Virus record (IMG/VR): IMGVR_UViG_3300049844_000151 | Span: 1 to 24,487 of that record | Strand: one strand, 5' to 3' | Source: a virus | Lineage: Duplodnaviria; Caudoviricetes | Length of the DNA: 24,487 nt | In this document: positions 24,265 to 24,487 of the stretch, piece by piece | Numbering within the stretch: the first letter of the stretch is position 1 | Layout of the letters: the number at the start of each line of letters is the position of its first letter | Notes under the pieces: model-generated | Seen by the model: the letters and a program-made list of their open reading frames with translations, nothing else | What the model was told of the DNA's origin: nothing | Database searches by the model: none | Program-made: the position numbers and the translations under genes

Positions 24265-24487
24265 TTATATCTCCAATTTCACGGGTTCGACACCGTATTC
24301 TTCTCTTAAGAATTTACACTGCTCTTTAAAATGAGTCAATAGCCATTTGTGGCTAGCGTCCCGAAATAGGATTACCTTGCAGGACTCCTTGTCCCCGTAG
24401 CGGCGGACCCCCCGCCCGACATTCTGCATAAATTGTGTCTTTGAGCGTCCGCCCCCGGCCAGGATAACGTACTCGCAGGGTTTAGTG
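24265..24487 (-). CDS. Superfamily 2 helicase, C-terminal fragment (runs off window)
   Basis: Manual translation TKPCEYVILAGGGRSKTQFMQNVGRGVRRYGDKESCKVILFRD...KLEI*; QxxGRxxR is SF2 motif VI. Confidence 0.8.
   Translation of the reverse strand, partial: TKPCEYVILAGGGRSKTQFMQNVGRGVRRYGDKESCKVILFRDASHKWLLTHFKEQCKFLREEYGVEPVKLEI
24311..24339 (-). promoter_or_regulatory. Possible internal sigma70 promoter in helicase 3' end
   Basis: Minus strand TTGACT-N17-TAAATT, about 48 nt upstream of the lipoprotein start. Confidence 0.4.

Noticed and set aside
1-24487. CRISPR array, tRNA, intron/intein, DGR, integrase or stop-codon reassignment
   Set aside because: No spaced repeats, cloverleaf, RT, splice motifs or recombinase seen by eye; TAA, TAG and TGA all end tightly packed genes.

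Overview
A 24.5-kb segment of a tailed dsDNA phage genome with podovirus-type (P22/T7-like) gene order. The + strand carries the virion module: FN3-fused head-tail adaptor, small virion proteins, a 1005-aa tail nozzle, three internal virion/ejection proteins, tail-fibre-type genes, a holin and a signal-peptide-bearing ClpP-like protease. Three - strand islands interrupt it (lipoprotein; GNAT + hypothetical; Zn-ribbon + Cys-rich protein + AAA ATPase). From about 21.3 kb all genes are on the - strand (HTH, GH24 lysozyme, HNH, small ORFs, lipoprotein, 3' end of an SF2 helicase missing from the ORF track). The strongest novel signal is that the three ejection proteins share a phi-A-x-G-G-[ML] motif (7 core copies) sitting at apparent domain boundaries and delimiting S74 self-cleaving, DUF3293-like and ADP-ribosyltransferase-like modules, suggesting a tagged, processed, injected cargo system. 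Other highlights are a 54-bp element with a palindrome at two divergent junctions, a probably leaderless antisense lipoprotein gene, and a 7-blade delta-60 propeller insertion broken by a ~25-nt frameshifting deletion. All family assignments are by-eye motif recognition, not database searches. Host hints (delta-60, DUF7151-like repeat) point weakly to Bdellovibrionota/Myxococcota.
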